Shown here one piece after another: positions 1 through 12,882 of a DNA stretch of 64,000 nt. Position 1 is the first letter of the stretch, and each line of letters begins with the position of its first letter. The DNA comes from Eledone cirrhosa. Lineage: Eukaryota. The translations under genes were made by a program, and so were the position numbers. The notes under the pieces are model-generated. The model did no database searches, was not told the origin of the DNA, and saw only the letters and a program-made list of their open reading frames with translations. The stretch lies in assembly GCA_964016885.1 (NCBI GenBank), contig OZ024742.1:160022001-160086000 (forward strand). The letters are read 5' to 3'.

Positions 1-137
1 GTTCGTAATATCAGACTTGCAGAATGATTATTTAACAGTTAATGAAATGTCAACTTACCAGATAGGTCACTCAACATGTATAACTGAGTATTAATCCATG
101 GGGATTTTTTAAGGTTCCAATAATTCATGGAGTACGT

Positions 138-562
138 ATAGTTAATATGTTAGGAAAAACATACAAGAGGCATGATAAGAAAAAATATTTAATTATACAT
201 CTTTACATATGTTTCGTTATTGTAGTGCGAAAATAGCAATATTTCCTAACAAAACTGTAGACAATGACTCAATAACGAAACATATGTAAAAATGTATAAT
301 TAAATAATATTTTTTCTAATCATACCATCTCTGTTTTTCCTAATACAGGCATTAGAAACATGCGGCCTGAAGGCCGCCCTTTACAAGCACACCTGTGGCC
401 TGCACAAAGGGTTTTACAGCGTGAGCATGTTTTATCTTCGTAAAATTAGTTTTAATGAGCGCAATTAGTTGTCGTGTGTGGCCTTCAGACAACACATATG
501 TGACCCATGTGGCCCTTGGGGGACCCTCAGTTTGACATGCCTATCCTAACACATTAACTATA
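138..562. mobile_element. Fold-back (MITE-like) element, right arm interrupted by a hAT MITE
   Basis: Arm ~138-222 is inverted-complementary to ~270-345 plus ~552-562 (e.g. ttacatatgtttcgttattg / caataacgaaacatatgtaa). Confidence 0.65.
346..543. mobile_element. hAT-type MITE
   Basis: Ends CAGGCAT..AAAC / GTTTGACATGCCTA. 8-bp TSD tcctaata/tcctaaca. Confidence 0.7.
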
Positions 563-601
563 TATATTAATTATCTACTGTTGTCATATCTGTTTATTCA
601 G

Positions 602-752
602 TGTCAGAATGTCCCACATCGGAAGAATTACTTGACAGAATCTTTAGCAGTCCTAGAGAAAATTGCTTCTCTCCAATGTCAATATATTGTACCAATTAAC
701 TGGATTATCCTTAATAAGAATGACCTCTATTTTTGTTCCAAGTTCTATGTTG
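602..752 (+). CDS. Host pseudokinase gene, first exon visible in window (kinase subdomains III-V)
   Basis: Acceptor ttattcag|TGT and donor G|gtttgt. Reads CQNVPHRKNYLTESLAVLEKIASLQCQYIVPINWIILNKNDLYFCSKFYV+G, resembling alphaC/HPNIV/LYLV-EY. 151 nt, ending in phase 1, which matches the next exon. Confidence 0.8.
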
Positions 753-1397
753 GTTTGTATCACTATTCATATTAATCTATCCTATTTTTCTCTAATCAGA
801 TTGATATGTTAATCTTGCATTTCATTTCCTTTCACAGAAAGTAAATAAAATAAGTGCTGACCAGTTATTGAGATTGATGAAATCAATTAACCCTAACTGT
901 ATTTCTAGTAAATGTTTGTATGTATGGAGCTATAATTCCTGATGGACTTATAGTGGTGCTGTTGTAACATGTGGTTTATCTTGGGCACTTTTTAAATCTG
1001 GCAGAACCCATTCGCTCACCAGGTCTGAACACAGCTGTTTTCTTCCTGAGAAGAGGAGAGGATTGCAGTGATAGGGAGGAAGTGAGAAAGAGATATAGAG
1101 GAAGAATTGATTCCAGTACTAAACTGGAACATTTTTGTTAAACTTAAAAAGAATAAAGGCAAAATTGAACCTACTATTCTGTCCAGATTTATATTATAAT
1201 ACTGCAAGAACAGAAATATTATAATGAAAATCAATTTTCACTCAAGGAACCTGTCTGAGATCACCCTGGTTCTATGATATGGAAACCGTTTTTCTTAATT
1301 TATTCATTCTTATATTTAAATCTAACATAAACTGCTTAGCTAAAACATATGTATATACACAAGGAAGTATGTTTGGAATACGACGAGTGAAGTTTAA

Positions 1398-1613
1398 AAT
1401 TGAAATAGAAATTGAACTTTATGGTAACATTGACTAATATAGTGTTTAAACCTACTGAATGGAAAAAGATGGGTATCAGCGCACATGGGAGTTGAAATCC
1501 ACACCTCTCGTTTGCTGGATGAATACGCTACCATTCAGTGGGTTTATAAGCCCCATTATTAAACTATATTATTTAGTCAATCTTACAGCAAAGCTTCTAT
1601 TTCTATTTCAATT
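1398..1613. mobile_element. Fold-back element with a tRNA-like centre
   Basis: aattgaaatagaaat...ttgactaa / ttagtcaa...atttctatttcaatt arms, plus an inner ctgaatgg/ccattcag stem. Confidence 0.5.
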
Positions 1614-1689
1614 CTGCATGTATGTATGCTGATAGAAGTAAATCAAATCCATATGCCACCACTATAGATAAAACCTGAGGGTCAGTCTG

Positions 1690-2110
1690 CCCTGTGGTCC
1701 TGGCTGACAGAATGGAGAAGACATTATCCTGGAGGACAATGAGGGAGGACACACTGGAACACCTACTCTACTTCATGTCGATTACATTTGCAGGCAGCCA
1801 CCTCTGCTCTGATAGCAGTGAGTAGGGTTGTGATCTGGGAGCCAAGAACACTGGAAGTCTCTACTGCCACAGGTTCAACCACAAACCAATCAAAGAGTGG
1901 CTGATACTTTGACGGTTTGCCCTTTTTGACCTGGCGGGCAGCGATTCTTGTGTTGGTAGCCGAATGCACCAAGTTGCCACTTGAGAAGGTGTCACAACAT
2001 GTAGCATCCCAGATGAGGAGCCTACCCCTGTGGAATGGGAAGATTGTTGTGCCATCTGGCCTCTTGCTGTCCCCTGGGTCCTACCCTGCTGGCTTAAGCT
2101 GGGCAGGGAA
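1690..2110 (-). mobile_element. 3' remnant of a CRE-like non-LTR retrotransposon (RLE domain)
   Basis: RPDG..IFP and KYQPLFDWFVVEPVAVETSSVLG are homologous to 48130-48540. Confidence 0.8.
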
Positions 2111-2784
2111 ATAGAGAAAAACAAATATTTCCGTTACAAAAAATATTTTTATTCGATAGCAAGGCTACCCATATGTTTATTGTATATAAATGTATAGTAT
2201 GTGTTTATATATGTTTTCATATACACCACTATTATGCTTAAACTGTGCCTTAAGGCTATCTCCAATTAATTCTATATAGACTCTAGCCTATTTACATGCC
2301 AGTACAGATGAGTGAGTGTCACTGGTGAAAGATTAACAAATCTTGAAACAGTGCTGATAGGAGAAACAATCCTAACGAAAACCTAAACACTAGAGAATGT
2401 AATAACTTTGGGTTTAATTCATATAAAATCCACCACATAGCCCACATCTAGAAGCCTTCGAGATACTAACAACTCTGATATACTCACAGAGGAAAATAGA
2501 GAAAAATAAAGTTTTTCTTTATGAAAAAATATTTTTCTACGATAGCGAGGGTACCTATATGTTTATTTTATATAAACGTATAATGTATGTTTATATATAT
2601 TTTCATATACACCCCTAATATGAGAGAATGTTTACGGAATCCTCCGCTCCCTCCTCCTTTAGTTTTTTTCTCTTGGTGCCAAGTTATAGTAAGTATCAAG
2701 TATCAAGGGAGAGAACAATATATTGACGTGAAAGAGGACAAACTAAGTTATCTCCCATCTTGTTTATATGACATTTGTATGATA

Positions 2785-2945
2785 ATTGTTTCTACTTTTG
2801 GCAGAAGGCCAGCAAATACCCAGTACATTACTGGTACTTTATTTTATCGACCTCGTAAGGATGAAAGGCAAAGTTAACCTCGGCGGGATTTGAACTCAGA
2901 TCGTAAAGGGACGTAACTATGCTGGAAAGCATGTCCGACCCTTAT
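2785..2945 (-). mobile_element. tRNA-derived SINE (same family as 59161-59348)
   Basis: Reverse complement of gagttcaaatcccgccgagg...gcctttcatccttacg.ggtcgataaaataaagtaccag. Confidence 0.85.
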
Positions 2946-3489
2946 TTGCTGCAAACTTTCCAAAGTTAAACGTCAACGCTCCTAGAAAATAGCACACAGT
3001 TAAAATGTTTAACATTTTTCGAACATACGTGTTTAAAACCAACCATAATAATACACCATGTGTGTTTATATATTTATAGATGTCTCCGTTTGTGACTCTT
3101 AACAATTTACCCACAAGGCATTTCTTATCTTGGTCATGTTACTACAATAAGGAGTTTGCTTTCCTGGGTTCTAACTCTACATTTTTCCTTAAATAGTTAT
3201 TTCTCCTAAGTTACTCATACATTTAATCCTCTATGTCATTTATACATAGATGCTGAACATTTATTGAATTATGTTCTAGAGATATATTATTAAAATATTA
3301 TTTTTATCAGTAATCAACATAAACTATAGGGTTTCTCTTATACAAACCACTTATTTATTAAAACCAAATGTTTCCAGTTTGTATAGATTTTCATATATCC
3401 AGTAATCCTAGATTCCAAAAATTAAATACATTCAAATACTATTGCTATTATTATTGACAATACTGACTCACTTGTTCAACATAATAACC

Positions 3490-3950
3490 ATCACTTGAAG
3501 CATTCATTCCATAAGTGGGACCCAAGTGCAGTGCCTGCAAAAGATCCAGCAGGAATTGAGGTGCAATGTATGTGAATGATTTTTTTCTATCAAGAGCTGG
3601 ATTTGTCAACCATCTGATGTCACACAAGCCAGACAGAAAATGACCCACTTGTGAGATGGTTTTTCTACCATGCCCTCTGCAGCTCATTTGCAATGAATGT
3701 AGCTTAATTTGAAAGTCAGCCAGTGGATCGATCAGACACTTCCCAAACCGCAATGCCAAGAAAGAGACAGTTCAAGTGTTACATATGTGAAAGTGCTTGC
3801 AAAACAAAAGCTGGTCTGAAAGGCCACCTGCATGCACATGATTGTGCAATTTTCAATGAAGGGATGGTACTCTCCTGACAAGAAGTAACAATCAGCATGT
3901 ATGTATGTGTGCTTACATTCATTCATAGAATGTATGCATACATACATGTG
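3490..3950 (+). mobile_element. Degenerate LINE 3' end with three C2H2 zinc-finger remnants
   Basis: CNVCE*..SRAGFVNHLMSH, CNECSLI*KSASG..RH and FKCYICESACKTKAGLKGHLHAH, followed by an (ATGT)n tail. Contains stops and frameshifts. Confidence 0.6.
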
Positions 3951-4208
3951 TTTGCCTCTACATCGTTTATTGATTTGGCAGGAAATTTATAAAAGTGAGT
4001 TTGTTGATTCAAATGTTTGTAGTGCCTTTACTAGTGGTTAGATAGTTTTGAAAATTTCACTAAGTAAACTAAAGTAAAGGCTTTAAATTTTAATGTGATA
4101 CAGTTATAGTGGTGTTTTGTACTTTTTAAGAATGTTTCACTTTTGTAGTTTCATGTGGTACAAGTTGTTAAGAGCTAATAGCAATGTTTTTTTTTTGCTT
4201 TGTTACAG

Positions 4209-4328
4209 AACCACTACAGAAAAAGCTGAACTATTTAGATGAGTCTTTGATAAAAAAGATAATTCTAGATTTAATTGAAGCTGCAAAATATCTGAATGAA
4301 AATGGAATCTTATTTCTAGCTTGGACTT
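4209..4328 (+). CDS. Host pseudokinase exon (alphaD/alphaE to catalytic loop)
   Basis: tgttacag|AA...ACTT|gtaagt, 120 nt, phase 1-1. Reads (E)PLQKKLNYLDESLIKKIILDLIEAAKYLNENGILFLAWT, equivalent to 'LxYLHxxGIIHRDLK'. Confidence 0.9.
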
Positions 4329-4431
4329 GTAAGTATTGAATTCAATCTCATTTGTAACTTCAGTGATTTCAATGTAATAACCATTGCAGATGATTCATTG
4401 ATAACATGAGCATGTGTACTCACTCTCTCTG

Positions 4432-4482
<51 letters not shown>

Positions 4483-4717
4483 CTATCTATCTCTCTACCA
4501 GATGTGTGTAACTTCGCGGAGAAGTTTCCCTTAATTTATGTAAGAAAAAACGTGAGTTTTCAGTTAAATTTTATATTATTATGTAACTTGACCCCCCGTC
4601 TGGACCTTCAGGTGGTGGGTGAACTCATTTTCGGCCCTACAGGGGCGAAATATTCGTTTGAAAAATGTTTTCTCCATCGAATTTTGGAAAAAATATCATA
4701 AGAAGTTTGATTACGTT

Positions 4718-6265
4718 ATGAACGCTGCGTTCGACGATAATGGTGGTGGAGAGTCGGTAAGACTACATAGCTCGCAGTCAACATCGTCTTCTTCCCTTTC
4801 CTTCTCCATAGATACTATGGAGATGGAAAGACGAAATGAAATTGTAAAAACAAATTCATATCCAAACAACACAAATGACACCAAACAGTACAATGACAAC
4901 AAAAATAACAACAACACCAATAATGATGATAAAAAGAACAATGACAACAACAACAAAGAAAAAAGTAAAGACAACACCAATAGTACCAGCATCAAATACA
5001 ACAACACCAACGAAAATACGAACAATATCAACATCAGTGACAACAAGAATAACAACAACAATAACAACAATAATGACAACACTACCAACACGGATAATTC
5101 CACAAAGAAACCGAAAATCTCCTTTGTACAGACAGTTCAGAAAAAGGAGGAACTGACATATCTCGACATAACAAATGCCGAACAACTTTTAAAGGACGCT
5201 AGGAGATATGTTACTTTCGAAAAGAATGGTGCTTTCAGCGTCAATTCTCTGGTAGAAATTCGCAAGGAAACTGCTCTCAAAACGATAGTTTTTAGGACAG
5301 TTTCCAATTCTACCCGAAAACCAGTCCAATCGTCACAGAAAGAAATTGAACTGGTTTTCAAAAATTCAATGAGTGATATTTCATTCATTCAAAGAAGCAA
5401 ACTCTTTGGGAGTATTTCGGTACTCATGAAGGATCAATTGACGGCCCAAAATTACTCTGTGTCGCCAATTGTATCCAACCTGCATACCTTTTTCCCTACA
5501 TACATGGGAAAAAGGACACAAAAGATTAGAATCACGAGTGTCACACCAAAGGTGAACATATGGTGGATACTGTGCGGCTTCATCAATTTTGATGAAAACA
5601 GAATACTTTCAGTAGGAAAGTCCCCCAGAGATGTATTCAATGGGACTAGCGTTGAAGTTCTGGTGCAAATGAGCCCAGAGCGAATAGCTATGATCCCACA
5701 ACGTGTACTCCTGGACGGACTCACCTACATAAACTTTTCGGTTGAGGGTAGGCGGCCTTCATGTTCCCACTGCTTTAGCAGTGGTCACCTGAGGGCTTCC
5801 TGTCCTAAATTGATGAGTAAAAAAAAGACTCTTCTGCCGACACCCATCAAAATAACACAACCACCAACACCACCACAACAACAACACCAACACACAAAAA
5901 TAACCACAACAAACACAGTCCCACCCAACCCCACTCCACCTAAAACCACTGCAAAATCACATACAGACGCAACAGCTCCCCAAGACAAACCCCTCCCCAA
6001 TCACACAGACGATACAACAGATGAGGCTATCGCGCCATCACCCAGTGAAGACGAGGGAGAACCCCATCGCTCGAAAAGAAAGAAAAGACATCACAAAAGC
6101 AAAAAACCAGCAAACACTATCACAAACATACAACCACCAACACAAACAACAAAAACATCACAAACAAAACCCCCACCTCCTGAAAACAAAATACCTACAA
6201 CAAAACGAAAACACACACAAGAACTACAGACAAAAACAAACACAACACAAGAAAATTACACTTAG
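4718..6265 (+). CDS. L1/Tx1 ORF1 (Asn-rich N-terminus, CCHC zinc knuckle, Pro/Thr/Lys-rich tail)
   Basis: Open frame 4619-6265, first ATG ~4718. Contains VEGRRPSCSHCFSSGHLRASC. Confidence 0.8.
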   Translation: MNAAFDDNGGGESVRLHSSQSTSSSSLSFSIDTMEMERRNEIVKTNSYPNNTNDTKQYNDNKNNNNTNNDDKKNNDNNNKEKSKDNTNSTSIKYNNTNENTNNINISDNKNNNNNNNNNDNTTNTDNSTKKPKISFVQTVQKKEELTYLDITNAEQLLKDARRYVTFEKNGAFSVNSLVEIRKETALKTIVFRTVSNSTRKPVQSSQKEIELVFKNSMSDISFIQRSKLFGSISVLMKDQLTAQNYSVSPIVSNLHTFFPTYMGKRTQKIRITSVTPKVNIWWILCGFINFDENRILSVGKSPRDVFNGTSVEVLVQMSPERIAMIPQRVLLDGLTYINFSVEGRRPSCSHCFSSGHLRASCPKLMSKKKTLLPTPIKITQPPTPPQQQHQHTKITTTNTVPPNPTPPKTTAKSHTDATAPQDKPLPNHTDDTTDEAIAPSPSEDEGEPHRSKRKKRHHKSKKPANTITNIQPPTQTTKTSQTKPPPPENKIPTTKRKHTQELQTKTNTTQENYT

Positions 6266-6599
6266 ACTTACATAAACACTGAAAACAAAACACTAATGGA
6301 GACCATCACGAACAACCCTTCGGTTTTCACCGAAGGGAAAACTTTCGCCCACTCTATTAAAAATAACAAAAAACTGAACCTAAAACTGATTAGGGTCCCT
6401 ATACAAACTTATAGGTCCCTAATAGAAACATTTGAAAAGGATGTGGGGAATTCCTGCGTGAAACCACTTAACCGCGTCCTTCTCAAATGTCTCCCCACCC
6501 AGACACTCCCATCCCACCAGACCCCACCCCACCAAACATCTCCATCCCCACCCTGCCGGAAACCACCACACACCTAGACAACCCCTCCAACACCCCCAT

Positions 6600-8865
6600 G
6601 GAAATCGTGCAGCCTGGTCCCCAGGAGACGAAAGGTGAGTGATCTCTTTTCTGGGAACGTCCCGCTCCTTGCTTTTAGTGGGGGACTGGAATGGAATCCT
6701 AGATGCACGTTGGGACTATGTGGGAGCATGTCCCGATAAAGGGGGGTGTAACAGCCTCAAACAGTTAATCGACCGATTTGACCTGGCCGATAGGTATCGA
6801 CTAGATTTTCCAACTATGCCACTGTGGACGTGGACTAATTTTAGCGGAACATCTAGATCGTACCTAGATAGGGTTCTAGTTAGAAATAAGGATAGGGACA
6901 TGTTAAGCTGTCCACAAATGTTCATGGTTGCCTATTCAGATCACAAACTAGTGACCTGCATGGCCAACCTTGATAGAAGGCATAGACAAGGACCCGGCTA
7001 CTGGAAGCTGAACTTGTTGTTACTGACATGCAAAGCCTACAGTAGACGGATTACCACTTTAGTTAAACAGCACTTGACAGGGGCCATTGTCAACAACGGA
7101 TGGTGGTACTCTCTCAAGAAGGCAGTTAGATTAGACTCGTTAGTTTTTAGTAAAGAATTAGCGTTAGATAGAAATAGAACCGAGAAGGAACTGGTAGATA
7201 AAGTAGAAGAGGCAATTAGAAGTGGCAACGTAGCCAGCGTGCTAGCAACGAGAACGGCCTTGGACCAGTTCTTTGACGCAAAGCATGAGGGCTGCGTTGT
7301 CAGAAGCAAAATACGTGCTCTGGGAAACGAGGGAGCCAAAGCTGTTAGCTGGGCCCGAGTGACGGTGGCAACAAGTCCATGATTCGGTCTTTGAAGGACC
7401 AAAACGGACATGTGATACATGAGCCGAAGCAGATGTGTGCGGCCTTTCAGCGGCACTTTGCTCAACTGTTCGGGCAGGGCGGCGCGCCGGGAGGGGCTAT
7501 GGATTTCGGTCCATACCTCGACGGCCTACCACGACTCTCGGACAGCGAGGCAAAGTTCTGCGAAAAGCCGATTTCAGCCGCTGAGATAGGGGACGCGCTG
7601 AGCCAATGCGGCAAACGCAAATCTCCAGGTCACGACGGTCTACCCTACAAATTTTACGTAGCAATGCCGGACATATTCTTCGGTCTCCTGGAAACGGTCT
7701 ACTGCAACTGGCAACAGAACGGGAGAATTCCCAGTTCTGTGACCGGGGGCGTTGTCACACTAAGTCAGGAGGGACGAGAATAAGGGGGATGACATAGGCA
7801 ACTTCCGGCCCATAACCATGCTAAACACAGAGTTACAGATTTTGGCCAAGGTGTTGGCAAAGAGGCTGGCGCTTGTCGTCGAGAACCTGGTGGGAGAAGC
7901 GCAGACATGCGCAATCCCGACCAAGTCCATCCGTTTGCAACTCAGATCGTGGAGAGGCAAACCGATGCCTTCCGATGGCGTCGTCGGACGCTGAACGGAA
8001 GGTCCGGTAAAGCTGCTCGGGGTCTGGTTTGGTCCGGACCTCCAGGTGGAGAAGAACTGGAACGAGGTGACGGCCAAGGTGTTTGCACTCACCCAGAAGT
8101 GGGCCGAGTGCAAACTGGGTTAAGCAAAGACCGAGGAAAATGGGCGACTGGCACATCGAATGTGCTCAGGCGCTCACAGCCCTCTGGCAGGCGGACCTGG
8201 CGATCAGTGGAGACTCAACTTCGTCATTCTATAGAGGGTTGATCCACAGCATGTGCGACGACGCGCTCGGTGAAACTCTAGGCGTAGAGGAAGATGAACT
8301 GGCCAGTTTGTTCGGTAGGACCTTCCGCCCGGGACCGATGGACAACTTCTAAAAGTCCCTGGCCTGGCAGTGCTACCGAGGAGCTCTACCAGTTCGAGAC
8401 AAGCTCTACAGACATGGGCGCCCGGGCAGGGACCCTGCAAAAAAGATCTGTCCAAGGTGCGTGCGAGACGAAGAAACCGTCGTGCATGCATTCATACACT
8501 GCCCGGGCGTCACCGACCTGTGGGGCTATGTAGAACGACTATTGTCGCGGGTGAGACCAATCCGGTTGACCACCGAGTCCATTGTCATGATCAAACCGCC
8601 ACCCTCCTTCAAAACTGAAGGAGAGTCGGTTTTCCTTTGTGTGATAGCTATGGTGAAAGAGGTTATATGGTGGACGAGGTTAAAAGGGCTGAGGTCAGAC
8701 ACCTTTCTCTCCGGCGAGCAACTGATTCGTTTTTTCAAATATCACTTTGGAAGAAGAATCAGGATGGAGAGAGAGGTACTGTACCCCAGTAAATTTTATA
8801 AAAGGTGGGTGAATGTGGCAAGAATGGCCCGAGTGGTTGGGCCTTCTCTCTATATAAGCCTGTAG
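6600..8865 (+). pseudogene. L1/Tx1 ORF2 fragments (APE, partial RT, C-terminus)
   Basis: ORF pieces 6639-7382, 7379-7783 and 8461-8865. The sequence jumps from TCAIPTKSI to the post-YADD region near 7930, so the RT core is deleted. Confidence 0.85.
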
Positions 8866-9896
8866 GTTGAGGAAAAAGAAGAAGAGAGGAAGGGAGTACT
8901 CACTCTTGGTGCTCCTGGAGATGAGGGTTGTACATTTTTTCTGGGTGTGTACAACCCCTGTGTAACACCTCCCCTATTGGGGATTTCAATTGTTATTTGT
9001 TGTTTTATTAATAGTTTTATTTTCATATACCTGTATGTAAACTCCCCATTTGTATTTGTCCCCTTCTTTTGTGCCCTTGTGGCTAATAAAGAAATTTATC
9101 TATCCATCTATCTATCTATCTATATCTATCTATATATATCTATCTATATATATATCTATCTATATATCTCTCTCTATATATATATAGATATAGATATATC
9201 TATATATATCTATATCTATCTATATATATATATATATCTCTCTATATATATATCTATATATATATATATATCTATATATATATCTATATATATATATATA
9301 TATCTATATATATATATTGTATAAAAACGGCTAGGGCCACAATTAAACAACTGATCCGAGAGAAGCAAAATGAGGTGGTTGGTTTTAAGTTAACAAACGA
9401 CGCAGCAACACACGCACACACACACACAAGCGAGACAGCAACACACGCACACACACACACACACACAGTAGCATTCCACCATACGAACATACTACACTGC
9501 CAATACAGAGGAACAAGGCAACAACACACGCACACACACACACACAGTAACATTCAACAAACAAGCAGAGAATGGACTGACAACTAGCACCACCCCACTC
9601 CCACAATTGAAAGAACTACTTTGGCCGCTGACCTCTGCCTGACCGACCCCATTTCACGCGCACGTGCGCTCTGCTGAATACCTGAGATATTCAAAACAAC
9701 GAACAGCGGAGGACACGTTTCGCACCTTGCCGAGAGACAACCTTTCCCCCACCCCGGAAAAAAACCCCAGTTGATGGATGTGAATCCAAAATATATAGGG
9801 ACAATTAAATCTCTCCCAAGGTAACTCTCTCTCGTGTTTTTATTTTTATCCTTTACGCTCTTTCCTTCATTCCTCTACACGTCTTACACATCTTAT

Positions 9897-10853
9897 ACTA
9901 GACATGAAAAATGCGCAAGCTCAAAAGTGCCACAGAATGTTATAATAAACCTTCAAAAGTGTGGGACTAGAGTTGTTGCTAAAAAATATTGTAATCATTA
10001 TATATCGTACATTCTGTAGCATCCTTTATAAAAATAGCTTAAACCAACGAAGCCTTTATTTTTACGCTATTTCACTTAGTTAAGTCTTAGAGTGTAACAT
10101 ATAAAAATATGATTTACAACTATAAAATAAATTAATTAATATAATAACAGAGCTGCGGAGCTGAAATTTAGGAAATAATGGAATATCGGATCCTGAGTTG
10201 GAGCCAGTCAATTTTTGGCCGACTCCGCAGCCCTGTATAATACATTTCATATTAAAGTTATTAATAAACCTATTTTACACTGCATGCAAATTACCATGAG
10301 ATATTGATATTAGATATAAGATACAGCGCAATATCTACAGCTGTAAAAGTACGAAAGCGAAGTAATAATAAGTGGCTTAAGGTAATTCCAATATGAAAGT
10401 TTGTAGTGATAAAAATTTGATAATGCAATACGATTGTTAATATTATAGTTCTATGAAAATGTAACAATAGATAACTAAATTATTTTACTATTAGTATATT
10501 TAAGAAATTATCATTATAGATTTGATCGTTCATATAAGCATCATATTAATTTTCAACACAATTATTTTGTTACTATGAGTATATGATAATAATATTACGT
10601 AATTATTTATAGCTGTTATTACATTAAACATAGATGTATTTATTTTTATATGTTACACTCTAAGAATTAACTAAGTGAAATAGCGTAAAAATAAAGGCTT
10701 CGTTGGTTTAAGCTATTTTTATAAAGGATGCCACAGAATGTACGATATATAATGATTACAATATTTTTTAGCAACAACTCTAGTCCCACACTTTTGAAGG
10801 TTTATTATAACATTCTGTGGCACTTTTGAGCTTGCGCATTTTTCATGTCTAGT
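9897..10853. mobile_element. Non-autonomous DNA transposon with ~210-bp near-perfect terminal inverted repeats
   Basis: 9897-10110 is the reverse complement of ~10640-10853 (actagacatgaaaaatgcgc... / ...gcgcatttttcatgtctagt). Confidence 0.8.
10148..10235. mobile_element. Small hAT MITE nested in the TIR element
   Basis: CAGAGCTGCGGAG / CTCCGCAGCCCTG ends. TSD tataataa/tataatac. Confidence 0.7.
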
Positions 10854-11407
10854 TTAATATTTTTTTAAGGCAACGCTTGTAATAACTCTAGTTAAACAGG
10901 ATATATATTAATAATAAATTATCGTTGTAATGTAATTAGATTATGTAATTGTTATTATAAATTATCTTATAAATATTAGTGTAAGATGTATAAAAATATT
11001 TTCAGACTTTTAATATAAACAACTACAAAAAACAATCAATATTAAATCAATATATTATACATAATAGAAAACATAAAATAAACAATACAAAAACAAAATA
11101 TTTACATACAATTGCAATTATCAGTGTATATACATTTTCTTTATATTCCCTGAGCAAATTAATAAGATTTGTTTTTATTGTACATAATTTGATGACTTGT
11201 TGGAGTGTATTAAAAGATAGCAACAATTTGTGATTAAATTGTTATCTTAAGCAACTCACTTTTTAATAGTTGTTGGCTGAGCGAAATTGTAAAAGCCTAT
11301 GAGCAAATATAAAAAAAAATACACAAACAACATTTCCTTGTGTTATTACAACATTAGATAAAATAATTGAGCAATGTCGTTATATTTTGCTCTTATTGCA
11401 CATTAAT

Positions 11408-11577
11408 AGTGTTTCTATTTTTCGGCACAAATCCATTACGGCAGTCCATTACTGGTACTTTATTTTATCGAATTAGTAAGTATGAAAGTCGAAGTTAATC
11501 TCGGCAGGATTTGAACTTAGAATGCAAAGGACCATAACAATACTGCAAAGCATGGTGTCTGACGCTCTACCAATACT
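11408..11577 (-). mobile_element. tRNA-derived SINE, diverged
   Basis: actggtactttattttatcg...ctcggcaggatttgaact...acgctctacc. Confidence 0.75.
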
Positions 11578-12064
11578 TGTGTTGAGCTGGTCATTAATTT
11601 ATGGTGGTCGTGCGTGGAGTAGAGCAATCGCTAGTTGAAATATTCTGAACAAAACATTTTTATTTGCCGAAGAACATATTTTCAATACTGTTTGTGAATG
11701 TGACGAAGGAAATACATTCTGATATGGAACAGCGTACAAAGTGTGTCTGTGAATAACAATGTTACCTCATGTTGTTGTCAAGACATAATGGATTTCGTAT
11801 ATCCAGTTAGAAGATGAAACCTAGCCATCTCGGATTAGTTATATTTCATGCCATGTGTAAACGTGTTTGAGGATAGCAAAATATGCGTGTTTCTTGTCTG
11901 GAAACTTTCTGCTAAACTGATTGGTTTCGTTTTTGGCACTATACAATACTCATCCAACAGATAGCTGTATTGGATCCTTGATTGGTTAATATTTAGGTAA
12001 GGGTGCTTGATGCAGAGTTAGTGCAAAATGGATCAATGAGTGTAATAATAATAATGATAATAAT

Positions 12065-12700
12065 AATGAAAATATTGTGTACAATGCTGAGGTGCACTAC
12101 AACTCATCAAAAGTGCATATATAATACATAGGGTAATATAAAAACGTCAGGAAAAAAGAACAGTGCATGAGTCATGATATACACATATGTGCATGTGTAT
12201 GGAAGGGGGACATCAGGTGTAGTTTTGGTGTATTTCGGAATGTATGATGGTTTTAAAGGATGCAGTGTGTCATCAGCTAACAACTGATGCAGGAAGTTTG
12301 TTCCATCCTTCAGCAACTCTGAGCATGAAGAAATATTTCCTAAAGTCATGGGAGCTGTGTTGTTTTCTGACTTTGTAGGCATGTCCACGTGTTAGACACA
12401 TGGAGATCAAAAAGGTGTTCGGGGTTGTTGTTGGTCGGATGGTTAATAACTTTGTGGGTGTTTACCAAGTCCATTGCCAGAGGGAAGCAAAATATTCAGG
12501 GTATGGTAGGTGTCTGATGGAGGGTATGCGCTTGGTTGCATGTCTCTGAACAGTTTCCAGGAGGTCAATGTTCTGAGCAAGATAGGGGTTCCAGACTGAT
12601 GACGCGAACTCCAAGTGTATTCGTACCATAGATGTATACAGCTTTAAATAGATGGCTGGAGAGCAGCTAATGAAGGTCTTGCTGATTGATGCCAAGTCAA
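12065..12700 (-). mobile_element. CR1-clade LINE 3' fragment
   Basis: LYTSMVRIHLEFASSVWNPY...LETVQRHATKRIP. Homologous to 41115-41635. Confidence 0.85.
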
Positions 12701-12882
12701 TCTTAATAAATTGACTGATTTATCTGTTCACTACTGCTAATCCACCGCTGTTTGTACAATTTTTTAGATAATGTCAATTTGAGCTTGAATCATTGGCGTA
12801 ATGAAATTTGAAAAGATTATAAGCAAATCTTTTTTAAAATACACAGACAACATTTAACTGTATCGTTGCAACATTAGATCTA

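Larger units (their letters stand above)
4499..9097 (+). mobile_element. L1/Tx1-clade LINE: ORF1 open, ORF2 broken and internally deleted
   Basis: Gag-like ORF1. APE motifs GDWN, SYLDR and SDH, then GPGYWKLN and RT start KSPGHDGLP...FRPITMLN. C-terminal ETVVHAFIHC knuckle, AATAAA at the 3' end, and TC/TA/TCTA microsatellite on both flanks. Confidence 0.9.

Noticed and set aside
1-113. Possible upstream exon tail (FVISDLQNDYLTVNEMSTYQ...)
   Set aside because: No convincing phase-0 donor or recognisable kinase motif. It cannot be resolved at the window edge.
3451-3759. Minus-strand 102-aa ORF with an apparent gtgagt donor (possible nested gene)
   Set aside because: The plus strand explains the region as decayed C2H2 fingers of a LINE tail, and no partner exons were found.
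4711-5185. Hydrophobic Leu/Val-rich minus-strand ORFs
   Set aside because: Antisense shadow of the (AAC/AAT)n Asn-rich tract of LINE ORF1.
9700-9790. Minus-strand GAAA-CGTG-TC hammerhead half
   Set aside because: No CUGANGA or stem I partner found on either side.
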